Below, piece by piece: positions 11,234 through 20,966 of a DNA stretch of 64,000 nt. Position numbers and translations under genes: made by a program. The DNA comes from a virus (lineage: Duplodnaviria; Caudoviricetes). The stretch lies in the IMG/VR virus record IMGVR_UViG_3300025645_000069, positions 1,424-65,423 of that record. The stretch is one strand, 5' to 3'. The notes beneath the pieces were generated by a model. The model worked only from the letters and a program-made list of their open reading frames with translations, did not search any database and was not told the DNA's origin. Each line of letters opens with the position of its first letter. Position 1 is the stretch's first letter.

Positions 11234-14200
11234 TTATTTTGCAAAACTAACAATTTTTGTTAAATTTTTATGTAATTTTTCAAACTTTTTAGAAGCTTTT
11301 TGTTTTTCGTCTTCCGTAATTTGAGTAGGGTTATAATAATATACCTTAGTAGTAGTTTCTAAATAATTAGAATATAACTGACCTTCGTACTCATAAAAAT
11401 TTCCATAAAGTATAGTTTCTCCCTCAGAAGTAAATAAATTTCCAGCAGTCGAGCTAGTACCTAACCACAAAGAAGCGTGAACGTTGTTTCCTAAATCAGA
11501 ACATATTTCTAATGTAGTTTCATTTCCTGAAGCATCGCAATACAAATTAGTATTTGCTGTTGTTACTATGTAATTACAAATGCTATTGTCTGGTTTAAAA
11601 TAACATCCGTGTAATAAATTTTGAGGACATCTTATTTTAGGACCAAAACTGTTATCTGAAGTTGGTAGAAATTGAGTATCTATATTTTGAGTTTGAATAC
11701 TGTTGCATCCTTCAGAGTCTACACATATAGTTATTGGAGTGCTCTCTAAACAATGCCCATTATCACAACTAGTTGTATTAGATGTATCAAAGAAAGAATC
11801 GTAAAAGTCAAAGTTTAATCCTCCTTCGTCAATATATTCTTGAGGATTTTCTGCTTTTAACAAACAATATTCTATATGATTTGCAAATGAGTTTTCTTCT
11901 GTATAACTAGCCCTTACATTATTTTCTATTCCAAAGTTTCTAATAGCTTGAAGATTTCCTACATTGTTTTCTATAAAAGCTCTAGCTTTAAATATTTGCC
12001 CAGGAGTCATTGCAGTTCTCCCAAGGTGCAGTCCTCCAGTAGCTCCAGGAACACTTTTCCAATGATCACTTGAACATCCCCAACGATTGTTTTTAGTATT
12101 TATTAATACAAAACAAGTGTCATCAATGTCTTCTAAAAAAGCTACATCTATAAGATAAGCGTTTAGCCCATATCTCATAGTATTATTTAATATTCCAACG
12201 TTTATATCTCCTATTGAAGGTGAATGCCTATTTAATAAAGTTTGGGGTTCTCCATTTGCATCTAATACTGTATTTCCATAAAAAACTGAAAAATCACTTA
12301 AAATAGGATCTACCATTCCTGCACTTCTAAATATTGTAAGATCAGAAGATTTAAATAAATTTAGTCTAAGAGGGTTATAATAAGGAGAAGCCAAATCTGT
12401 GCTACCAAAAGTATATTTAACATATTCTAATTGAGTACTAGTCTTTCTTCCTCCTGAGTCTGTGTATTGAAGTGTAGGTAAATCATCTTCACCGTTCCAA
12501 AAATAAAGACTATTAAATAAATCAGATTCTATTACATGTGTAAGATCAGCACTAGGTATATAATCTAACCCTGAAAAACTAAAACTAGTGTTTGGGCTAG
12601 CTGCGTGCTCATCTGCAAAATTTTGCCAGTCAGGTTTAAATTTTTTATATGCACTTCCGTGAGGATTTATTCCAACATAAGCAGAACCAAAAGGAGCCAT
12701 CATATAATGTATAGGATCTGTAGAAGTGTAAGTATCTGTAGAGTATCCTCCAGGAAAAGGTTTATATCCTATAGGGTAATTTTGAAAAAAATGCCCTTTA
12801 GAGTGAGGGTAAGCTAACGCAGAAAGATGAGAATTATGTATTTGATGTCCATTAAACGAACACCCAAAAGACGGATAAAGTTTTTTTCTATAACTGGATT
12901 CACCTCTAACAAATGTATTAATTGGATAACTATTTAAAGAACTATTTATTTGAATGTTATTAGATGGATCTACATACATACTGCTATTATTCCAAGACTC
13001 AATTGGAAATCCTGCAGCACCTTCATTATAATTAAAGCCAGACTTTTCTGTATTAGCACCTGCTACATCTTTAGTAGGATGATCTTTTAAAAAACTATGA
13101 GATTGTATTTTATATAATATTTGAGCATCTTCGTTAAGCAAGCTATTAGCATTAGCTTCATTTTCTACCCAATCAGCCCCTGACTGCCCTTCACCAGGTC
13201 TAGCGTAAATTTGACTAGCAGTACCTCCATAAGCAAATGGACTAATGTTACCCTGCACTTCAGGAATAAATCCTGTTCTACTAGCATTTATAGGAGTGTA
13301 GGTTCTTTCTACGCCGTCAATCCATACAGTTTGTTCTGCGTATAAACAAGGGCATAGAGGATCTCCGTTTGCATCAAACTCATCATACAATTTAGATACT
13401 GGCCAATTTTCTGGATAAGCTCTATTTTTAGGATCTCTCCAATTTATGTTTGCAAACCATACAGGGTCAAAAATATCAGAAGGTTCATATAGGCCTGTAC
13501 TCTCATTTAGTACTGGGATACAAAAAGGAACTCTGTTTGTTATTTGAGGGCCTTTCCTGTTTGCAGGTAAAACTTCTATACCTCCAGTTACAGGGGGTAG
13601 TTCTTCTTCTACTATTTGTGCGCTAGGAACATGAACAGTTCTTACAAGATAACCAAAAGCAGCATTATGTGCACTCCCACCAACGTCTGATGGGAGAGCG
13701 TAAGACGCAGTAGCTCCATCAGGCCTTGAAACCATCCTATTGTCTGTACACCAATAATAAGGAGCAACACTTCCTTCTCCGTTATCTCTAAACCAAAAAG
13801 CGTTAACTCCTTCAGGAGTATACCCTAATTGATAAACTCCTGTAGTTCCAACTTCAGAACAACTTCCTCTCATATAGTAAAAAGTGTTTTTTTTAATCCC
13901 CCAATTTAAAGAAAGATTTCCAAAACCGTCTGGGTCTGGGTTAGGTGCTGCATTGCTTAATAGATAAGCATCATTGTCTTTATAAAAAATATTTCTAAAT
14001 GTTTGGTAATCTGCTTGTGAAGGAAGAAACCAATCATTAAATCCATGGTAAGAACCACTACCTGGAAATTGACCATTTTTAACTAAAGGTATTGACGGGG
14101 CATTATATTGCATAGAATCTGAAAGTATAAGAACATTATTTCCTGATTTCTTAATAGCATATCCTCCTAGTTCAGGATAATTACATGCACGTATAGTGTC

Positions 14201-16162
14201 ATAATTAAATTCTCCCTCATTAATATCATTTATAAGATTAATATTTTCTATAGTAAGGTCTCCTTCTTCTTCTTGAACTCCTCCTACAGCACCTCCTCCC
14301 CAAACAAAATCTCTTGTTGTTGTAAGCATACCATCTATTAAATCTGTTGTAGGATTTACAACAAACTCTGGTTTACCTCCTGACTCAATATTAACATTAT
14401 TACCATTATCATCTAATAGTATATAGCTATCTCCCCATAAAGAGTCTAGCCCTAAACACATAGCTAAATAATTATTTAAAACTGTTTTCCATTTTAGTTG
14501 GCTTTTAAGCGCACTTTCAGAAGTATTCTGTATTACCCCTACAAAAGAATCTGCAATAGCAGAATGAAAATGTGAAGGATAATTGTGATCAAAATAAAAA
14601 TCATATACAGAAGATCCTGTATTAAAATTAATTTTTCTTTCGTAATTATTTGTTAGGTGTTTAGGTAATGTATTAAACATCATTTCTAAATACCCTTGCT
14701 CATCTGCAGGCAAATCTTTATAACTTTTAAGAAGACTAACAGTTTCTCCATCTTCGTTGTACCCAGTTTCAGTGTATTCAAATGGAGGTATATTAGAATC
14801 TGCATTTGAGTACCAAGATTTTTTAGTATTAATAAATGGTAAAAACTTACCTTTAGGGTCAGTTTCCATTATACTTGTAAAATTTATTGAACTATTAGGA
14901 CTAGTATTATAACCCTGATGTCCAAAATGAAAAGCGTGATAGCATCCTAAAGTATGCCCTAATTCATGAAACATGGTAGCCGCAACATCTCTTCTGTCTT
15001 GAGTACCTCCATTTGATAGTTCAGCTTTACTCCCATTAGTATTCATATGCCACCCATTTCTTGAAATAGTAAGCAATGGACTATCAAGTTGATTAGAAAC
15101 AGGGAACGAAGCTTGAGAACCTGAGCTACCATAAAACATAAAATAATGCATAGCTGGTATCATTCTGGCCATATTTGTTCCTTCGCTGTTAAATAAATTT
15201 TTTAATATACCTGAATTAGGATAATTTATTTGCCTATGTAATACAGGTCCTTGAGAAAGTAACGTGTCATTATGATTTATGCTATAAACATCATAGACTT
15301 CTCCATCACTAAATGTTTGATAACAATCGTACGCATTTAAATTACTTACATCTAAACTAGCAAGTGAAGCGTTTCGTAATCTCATTACAGTTCCGTAAGG
15401 TCCGCATGTAAAACTACCTACCCTATCTTCAGTGAGATTTGCTATACTTCTACGGCGAGTAGCCATATAATTTTTTCTTTCAAAAGCCTCAAGAAAAGTT
15501 GTGTTGTTTAAAGTGTGATCTGACCAATCTCCTGGCAACTCTTCTCCAGTTCTCATATTTAAAACATCTCCACTTGTTATAGAAGGAATTGATATAAAAG
15601 CTATAGTGTTATCAGTAATATTATCTGTAAAAGGTTTTGCTACTTGGAAAAGAGGATTAAACATGTGTTTAGGAACTGTAGGCATTAGTCTTAATCTAAT
15701 ACCTGAATCAATTCCGTGATTAACATCATTTTGTGCAGCAACATATGCTCCCCCTGATCTAGGTGTGCCATTATTATAAGTTTCAGATTCTGATGGAACA
15801 TAATCGTAAGTACCTGCTAACATTTCGTTAACCCAATCAATTAATTGACTATATTCTGCATCAGTATAATCTGTGTGCGCCATATAACTGTCTCCTATCC
15901 AAATCATAACAGGAAGATAAATAAGTTCATCTTCTGTATAAGTAATATAAGGTGGAGTTGCGTTTCTTGCAGATTTTTTTATATTATAATTAACAAGCTG
16001 TTTTTGTATAGATTTTTGAATTTCTATCTGAGCAGCTATTGTTAAATTTGTAGGAATTCTTTCGCTTTCATCTATTAAACACCCTTTATCACTAAAAGTA
16101 TTGCTATCTTCTTTATAGTTTTGATAAAAATTCTTTGAAAATAAATTATTTGAATCAGACAT
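11234..16162 (-). CDS. Large virion protein with metzincin (pappalysin/M43-like) metalloprotease domain
   Basis: HELGHTLGCYH (HExxHxxGxxH) at 14936-14968. N-terminal LPVMIWI..SQLIDWVN..DSGIRLRL and C-terminal NNTMRY and MTPGQ resemble M43 signature segments. Confidence 0.75.
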   Translation of the reverse strand: MSDSNNLFSKNFYQNYKEDSNTFSDKGCLIDESERIPTNLTIAAQIEIQKSIQKQLVNYNIKKSARNATPPYITYTEDELIYLPVMIWIGDSYMAHTDYTDAEYSQLIDWVNEMLAGTYDYVPSESETYNNGTPRSGGAYVAAQNDVNHGIDSGIRLRLMPTVPKHMFNPLFQVAKPFTDNITDNTIAFISIPSITSGDVLNMRTGEELPGDWSDHTLNNTTFLEAFERKNYMATRRRSIANLTEDRVGSFTCGPYGTVMRLRNASLASLDVSNLNAYDCYQTFSDGEVYDVYSINHNDTLLSQGPVLHRQINYPNSGILKNLFNSEGTNMARMIPAMHYFMFYGSSGSQASFPVSNQLDSPLLTISRNGWHMNTNGSKAELSNGGTQDRRDVAATMFHELGHTLGCYHAFHFGHQGYNTSPNSSINFTSIMETDPKGKFLPFINTKKSWYSNADSNIPPFEYTETGYNEDGETVSLLKSYKDLPADEQGYLEMMFNTLPKHLTNNYERKINFNTGSSVYDFYFDHNYPSHFHSAIADSFVGVIQNTSESALKSQLKWKTVLNNYLAMCLGLDSLWGDSYILLDDNGNNVNIESGGKPEFVVNPTTDLIDGMLTTTRDFVWGGGAVGGVQEEEGDLTIENINLINDINEGEFNYDTIRACNYPELGGYAIKKSGNNVLILSDSMQYNAPSIPLVKNGQFPGSGSYHGFNDWFLPSQADYQTFRNIFYKDNDAYLLSNAAPNPDPDGFGNLSLNWGIKKNTFYYMRGSCSEVGTTGVYQLGYTPEGVNAFWFRDNGEGSVAPYYWCTDNRMVSRPDGATASYALPSDVGGSAHNAAFGYLVRTVHVPSAQIVEEELPPVTGGIEVLPANRKGPQITNRVPFCIPVLNESTGLYEPSDIFDPVWFANINWRDPKNRAYPENWPVSKLYDEFDANGDPLCPCLYAEQTVWIDGVERTYTPINASRTGFIPEVQGNISPFAYGGTASQIYARPGEGQSGADWVENEANANSLLNEDAQILYKIQSHSFLKDHPTKDVAGANTEKSGFNYNEGAAGFPIESWNNSSMYVDPSNNIQINSSLNSYPINTFVRGESSYRKKLYPSFGCSFNGHQIHNSHLSALAYPHSKGHFFQNYPIGYKPFPGGYSTDTYTSTDPIHYMMAPFGSAYVGINPHGSAYKKFKPDWQNFADEHAASPNTSFSFSGLDYIPSADLTHVIESDLFNSLYFWNGEDDLPTLQYTDSGGRKTSTQLEYVKYTFGSTDLASPYYNPLRLNLFKSSDLTIFRSAGMVDPILSDFSVFYGNTVLDANGEPQTLLNRHSPSIGDINVGILNNTMRYGLNAYLIDVAFLEDIDDTCFVLINTKNNRWGCSSDHWKSVPGATGGLHLGRTAMTPGQIFKARAFIENNVGNLQAIRNFGIENNVRASYTEENSFANHIEYCLLKAENPQEYIDEGGLNFDFYDSFFDTSNTTSCDNGHCLESTPITICVDSEGCNSIQTQNIDTQFLPTSDNSFGPKIRCPQNLLHGCYFKPDNSICNYIVTTANTNLYCDASGNETTLEICSDLGNNVHASLWLGTSSTAGNLFTSEGETILYGNFYEYEGQLYSNYLETTTKVYYYNPTQITEDEKQKASKKFEKLHKNLTKIVSFAK

Positions 16163-17540
16163 TGTTTAATGAATTATTTAAGTTATTTACTATAAGTTCA
16201 AAATCTAAAATAGCTTGTGTAGGCACTAAATATGTTTCTAAATAATTAATCCAATCAGAAGTATTACCGCTCTGAGTATTTTGTATTTCAGAATAAGTTG
16301 TAGTGTATATATTAGTACAAGAAGGTAGAGTTCCAAACCCGTATGTCGGATCTGTAATAGTAATGCTTTCTGCAAAATTATGTAAAGAGTGTAATATAAA
16401 AGGATTTAAATTAAAATCAATAGGAGTATTAAAAAGCTGTTTTACAAAACTAATGTCGCTTTCAACTAAAGAAGGACTAACGTTTGTTGGAAATATACTT
16501 GAAAAGCTAGGAGGCTCAAATAAATACAAAGGATCATAGCAAATATAATCAGTGGTTAGTAAAGAATCAGAACAATCTGAATCAGTTCTTTTATTTAAAA
16601 CATCTTGTAAACTTACAGAAAGTAAATTTTCTGAAGATTTACAATTACCTTGTCCATTTAAATAAAAACAATCACCTTCAATTTGACAATAGTTTAAATC
16701 ATAATTAAAAAAATATCCAGAACCATCAGAATAACTTATAGTAGTATTTCTTTGCATTACACCTAGTGATGTAACTAAACCTTTTAATAAACTAGAAATA
16801 AGTGATTCAGATAAATAATTATGTGTTGCAGATGCATACTCATGAAGATGCGGGTGATCTGTTAGCTCGTAACTATAAGTGTCTGTTGGATACGCGTTAA
16901 AATTTGGAAAAGCCCAATAAGGAATAGTAATTCCAAATAAATTTAGTTTGTCTAATAATTGTGCGCTTATAGGATTTTCAGCGCTGTAAGGAATTTCTAT
17001 TGATTCTTTTCCTAAAGCATCTAAACCTTTTAAAGAATTTACAATATAAACGTTTAAATATTTTGTAGTATCCCAAGCTATTGCATTCTTAAAATACTCT
17101 AAAGTCATAGCTTTAGTAGCTTTACCGTTAGCATCTTCTGTAAAATAATGTAACCCATCTCTTACATATGAAACTAGATTGTCTCCTCTTCTTTGATCAG
17201 GTATAGAATTTCCTTGAATTATATTTACTCCTGGAGTAGCTAAAACCGCACCTTGAGGATCGTTTTCTGCTAACTCTAAAAGTATATTAAGATTAGTGTT
17301 AAAAAAATTTGACATAGCCCTATGAGCCATACTAGGTGTGTTTGGGTTAGGCCCAACAAGTCCTGGAGACTCTATATAATGATATATAATTTTTATCCGT
17401 TTAAATTCATTTGCCCCAATTGGCTCAGCAGCCATAACTGCTTCATAAAATAATTTTAAATACTGCGCAGAACTTTCATACGATTGTCTAAGCAATACTT
17501 GAGATGTATCAAAAGGTATGTTTTTAACAGTATTAGGCAT
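16155..17540 (-). CDS. Degenerate M43-like paralog (probable pseudo-protease), virion protein
   Basis: IKIIYHYI and AWDTTKYLNVYIV resemble M43 motifs. No HExxH; LLKGLVTSLGVMQ sits at the expected position. Confidence 0.55.
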   Translation of the reverse strand: MPNTVKNIPFDTSQVLLRQSYESSAQYLKLFYEAVMAAEPIGANEFKRIKIIYHYIESPGLVGPNPNTPSMAHRAMSNFFNTNLNILLELAENDPQGAVLATPGVNIIQGNSIPDQRRGDNLVSYVRDGLHYFTEDANGKATKAMTLEYFKNAIAWDTTKYLNVYIVNSLKGLDALGKESIEIPYSAENPISAQLLDKLNLFGITIPYWAFPNFNAYPTDTYSYELTDHPHLHEYASATHNYLSESLISSLLKGLVTSLGVMQRNTTISYSDGSGYFFNYDLNYCQIEGDCFYLNGQGNCKSSENLLSVSLQDVLNKRTDSDCSDSLLTTDYICYDPLYLFEPPSFSSIFPTNVSPSLVESDISFVKQLFNTPIDFNLNPFILHSLHNFAESITITDPTYGFGTLPSCTNIYTTTYSEIQNTQSGNTSDWINYLETYLVPTQAILDFELIVNNLNNSLNNV

Positions 17541-18183
17541 TCTTTAAAGTATGTAATAAAGCATTATACAAAGCTGCGTCTGCAATATCTTCATCATCAC
17601 AATCTTCGCACCGTAAATCTATTTGAGTTAAAAAACTATTTATTCTGTGCTCTATATTGCACACTGAGTTATGTTTAAAAGTATTATGTATTCCTGTTTC
17701 TGTATAACCTACATTATCTCCCGTTCCTGGGCTTAATATTGTTGCATGTATGTAATACACATGATCAGGTATAGAAGTCCATTCTGTTAAGTTATTTAAA
17801 ACAAAGTCTTTTTCTACAGTAGTTAAACCTAAAGAAATCCAACTAGTCTCTATAGCACTATAAAAATCTAAATACAATTGAGAAAATGGAATAGATATTT
17901 TTAAGTTTTTAATGTCAAAGCTTTCTTGAAAATTACTATAATCAGCTTGATCACTGTTATATAACAATAAAGGATTTATTGTTTTTGTCTCTCCTTCACT
18001 ATTTATAATTAAAGGAATAAAAGGTTGTACAGCTATTTGAAGTACTTTCCCTTGAGAGGACATAGATTGTAATCCCCAGCCCCCAGGGTTAGAAACAGAA
18101 TTATATAATCCTGAGTTCTCAATCATAACTAAATTAGCGCAATCTGCAGATGTGGTTACATCTAGTTTTAATTCAAAAGCCAT
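17533..18183 (-). CDS. Hypothetical virion protein
   Basis: 216-aa ORF in the structural operon, with a C-terminal CEDC motif. Confidence 0.6.
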   Translation of the reverse strand: MAFELKLDVTTSADCANLVMIENSGLYNSVSNPGGWGLQSMSSQGKVLQIAVQPFIPLIINSEGETKTINPLLLYNSDQADYSNFQESFDIKNLKISIPFSQLYLDFYSAIETSWISLGLTTVEKDFVLNNLTEWTSIPDHVYYIHATILSPGTGDNVGYTETGIHNTFKHNSVCNIEHRINSFLTQIDLRCEDCDDEDIADAALYNALLHTLKNA

Positions 18184-18194
18184 AGGTAAAAATT

Positions 18195-18227
18195 AAAAAA
18201 GGACAGACAGATGTCTGCCTGCCCTTT
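18195..18227 (-). terminator. Rho-independent terminator/attenuator after the capsid-proximal genes
   Basis: Minus strand: GGGCAGGCAG-ACAT-CTGTCTGTCC followed by TTTTTT. Confidence 0.8.
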
Positions 18228-18248
18228 AATTATTTAATAAATTATTTA

Positions 18249-19520
18249 TTAATCGCTAGCTAATGCAGTACCTGCACCTGTTGCGCTATTAAATAAATCT
18301 TCAAAATCTGCCGCATTACCTGCAGAAGCAGCTTCAAAAGCTACAACGATAGTACCTTTAACTTTACCACCATTATTAATTGCGTGCGGTTGATTGGAGC
18401 CAGAAAGAGCATATTCGATAACCATTACATCGTAATCTGTACCGTCTTTTGCTTGTAAATCAGCAAAAGATTGTGCGCTAGGGAATCCAGTGCCTGTAAA
18501 AGAAGCTCCGCCTGGAGTGTCTTGAGATAATCCAAACCATTCCATATCTGCAATAGCTTCGCCGTTAGTGTTACCTTTAGCTGGAGCTGTACTTGTGTCG
18601 GAAGTAGTAGATCCCCATCCATCTAATTGGAATTCAAAAGAAACTACGTGGTAAGGATATAAACCTACCTTGTGATATGCAGCTAAAGCTGTTAATTTAA
18701 TACCACAATCAGCAGCTTCAACAACTGCAGCTGTAAGAGTTTTAGAATCTGCAGCTGTAGCTCCTGCTTCTTGAGAAGGCATGTCTAAAGTAATGTTATT
18801 ACCGTTAACTGCTGCAACTTTGTATACAGGAACGCCTGCACCACTAGTTTGACGTAAGTACATACCTACAGCTACACCGTGAGATGCAGAAGCAACAACT
18901 TGATCAGAACCTCTTGTCCAAGCAAGAGTTGAAGATCCAGAAGTATCTGCTTCAGTAGTAGCTGCTGAAAAACGTTGAACTGAAATTTTAGCTCTGTTAG
19001 GCCCTATTGTAGAACCATCAGCAAATTTCATTTTACCCATTTTTTGAGCAATACCATTTGCAATTTCAATTTGAGTTGCATTTGCATCAGATACAAACTC
19101 AAAAAAGTATTGATCTTTTTGTTTAGAGTAAAGCTCTGTGTCATTAGTAAATTGTAATCGTAAAGTGTAACGATTAGAGTTTATTGCTTCAATAGAGTTT
19201 CCATTGTTAACATCAGTGTAACCAATGTTAGAAATTTGAAAAGCTTCTGATGTTGAGTCTGCTATTGCCTTAACTCGTACTATATCATCAAAGTCAAGAA
19301 GAGGTGTAGAACGAATACTACCATCTTGATGAGGCTGTACAATTCTAAATTTGTCTCCTGATGCTAATGCGGTAGCAGCTAGTAAAGTACCAAACTCATC
19401 AGCTACACCAAACTCACCTGCACCTGCTGTCGCTGATGATGCTAAATCTGCTAAAGTTTCACTAGAGCCACTATCGTAGTCTCCAATGAATACGTGAAAA
19501 TTATGTCCGTAAATTGCCAT
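18249..19520 (-). CDS. Abundant structural protein (crAss-like capsid-associated/tail protein)
   Basis: 423 aa, Ala/Gly-rich, high-expression-like codon usage. Last gene before the terminator in the capsid block. Confidence 0.6.
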   Translation of the reverse strand: MAIYGHNFHVFIGDYDSGSSETLADLASSATAGAGEFGVADEFGTLLAATALASGDKFRIVQPHQDGSIRSTPLLDFDDIVRVKAIADSTSEAFQISNIGYTDVNNGNSIEAINSNRYTLRLQFTNDTELYSKQKDQYFFEFVSDANATQIEIANGIAQKMGKMKFADGSTIGPNRAKISVQRFSAATTEADTSGSSTLAWTRGSDQVVASASHGVAVGMYLRQTSGAGVPVYKVAAVNGNNITLDMPSQEAGATAADSKTLTAAVVEAADCGIKLTALAAYHKVGLYPYHVVSFEFQLDGWGSTTSDTSTAPAKGNTNGEAIADMEWFGLSQDTPGGASFTGTGFPSAQSFADLQAKDGTDYDVMVIEYALSGSNQPHAINNGGKVKGTIVVAFEAASAGNAADFEDLFNSATGAGTALASD

Positions 19521-19556
19521 TTGTTGTCTATTTTAAAAATTAATTAATTGTTGTTA

Positions 19557-20276
19557 TTATACGTATAAAAATGTCATAATAACTTTAATAGTTGTTGCTG
19601 CTGTTGCCAGATCAGCTCCTTGAGCTCTAAAGTTAACATGAATATCTCTCGCAGCTGCGCTATATAAAGCTCCTGCTACAGTAAGTGCTTCAGAGGTTGC
19701 TGGTCCACCTAATGGGCCTATACCTGCAGTTGCAAAATGATTTGCAGCATGTCCATGAGAATTTTCAATAACATATAAAGGAACATTCGCTGTCCAAGTT
19801 ACTGCTGCTCCACCATCGTCACATAAAGCTGTTAAATCCAATAACTGATTGCCAGAAGCAGCTGTACCGATTTCAATATCAAAATCGTTTCCAGAACTTC
19901 CTCCAGTTACAATGTTTCCAGCTGGAATACATATAACATCTTTAATAATTGTACCAGCTGGTTGTGATATAGCTGGTACCGCATAATCTGTATCGTCTGT
20001 TACCGCAATTGTAGCTGATGTTGCTGTTGCTGAGGATATTTTAAATGCTCCATCAGCACCAATAGAAACACCACCAGTTAAGATGTGTGCATCTGTTGTT
20101 GCATCACCAACTGTTAAATTGCTGACAATAGACTGAGCATTTGTATCAGACGAACTGATATAATCTCCCGCAAGATCATTAAAATCCTGTGCTCGAACGG
20201 GAGTATTACCAACTAGTCCTCCTTTATTTTTAGAAGGAGCAACGTTAGCGTTTGTTATTTTTGCTGTTCTTGCCAT
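19557..20276 (-). CDS. Putative capsid decoration/fibre protein
   Basis: 239 aa, Ala/Thr/Gly-rich beta-type sequence downstream of the major capsid gene. Confidence 0.5.
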   Translation of the reverse strand: MARTAKITNANVAPSKNKGGLVGNTPVRAQDFNDLAGDYISSSDTNAQSIVSNLTVGDATTDAHILTGGVSIGADGAFKISSATATSATIAVTDDTDYAVPAISQPAGTIIKDVICIPAGNIVTGGSSGNDFDIEIGTAASGNQLLDLTALCDDGGAAVTWTANVPLYVIENSHGHAANHFATAGIGPLGGPATSEALTVAGALYSAAARDIHVNFRAQGADLATAATTIKVIMTFLYV

Positions 20277-20281
20277 TTTAT

Positions 20282-20965
20282 TTATTCTATTTCGTTAAGT
20301 TCTATTTTACTTGATTGGTATCGTGGTTGCTCTACATTCTCTAAAGCATCTACAACAGCCATTCTTACGATTTCCTTATGCGTATGTTCTGCTAGAGAAC
20401 AATCTACATCAGGCTCTATAAGCAGAGGATTTTTAATATATCTTAAATGATATTCGCTAACAATTTGATTGTCTCCGCATATCAATTCAAAATTATTGTC
20501 AAATCCTTTTCCTCCAAAATCTAATCTATAAACTGTATGTTTATTAGGTTTATTAAAAGGGTCGTCTATAATTTTATTATACCTATCGTGAGTTATTGGT
20601 TTTACACCAACTCTAGTAGATCCTGATTGTTCTACTGTTTGAACATTAGCTTCTTCATTTATTGCATGTCTGTAATCTTCAGGCAACGCAACAAATTGGC
20701 CGTTAGGTTTATTGTGTGCTTGATCTACAGCAGAAGGAACAATTACAGCATTACTTATTAATGTTCTTAAATCGTCTCTACGCTTTTGATCTTCTTCAAA
20801 ATTTGTACGTCTAGTGTTATTTCCAAATGCACGTTTAGATATAAACTTCTCTTGAGATATATTCAAAAAAGAATCTATCTCTTCTTCAAGGAAAGAAGGG
20901 GCATCAAAAGAGTCCCCTTTATCCATTAGAAGTTTAAATTCAGCATGCATTTCTATTCTAGTCAT
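20282..20965 (-). CDS. crAss-like neck/ring protein
   Basis: 227 aa. EEIDSFLN..Q, FEEDQKRRDDLRTL, NDPFNKP-like IDDPFNKP, LRYIKNP and HKEIVRMAV motifs, plus position two genes after the major capsid gene, match the conserved crAss-like structural block. Confidence 0.65.
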   Translation of the reverse strand: MTRIEMHAEFKLLMDKGDSFDAPSFLEEEIDSFLNISQEKFISKRAFGNNTRRTNFEEDQKRRDDLRTLISNAVIVPSAVDQAHNKPNGQFVALPEDYRHAINEEANVQTVEQSGSTRVGVKPITHDRYNKIIDDPFNKPNKHTVYRLDFGGKGFDNNFELICGDNQIVSEYHLRYIKNPLLIEPDVDCSLAEHTHKEIVRMAVVDALENVEQPRYQSSKIELNEIE

Positions 20966-20966
20966 A

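Noticed and set aside
11234-16162. Diversity-generating retroelement targeting the lectin-like domain
   Set aside because: No reverse transcriptase and no template/variable repeat pair is visible in this window.
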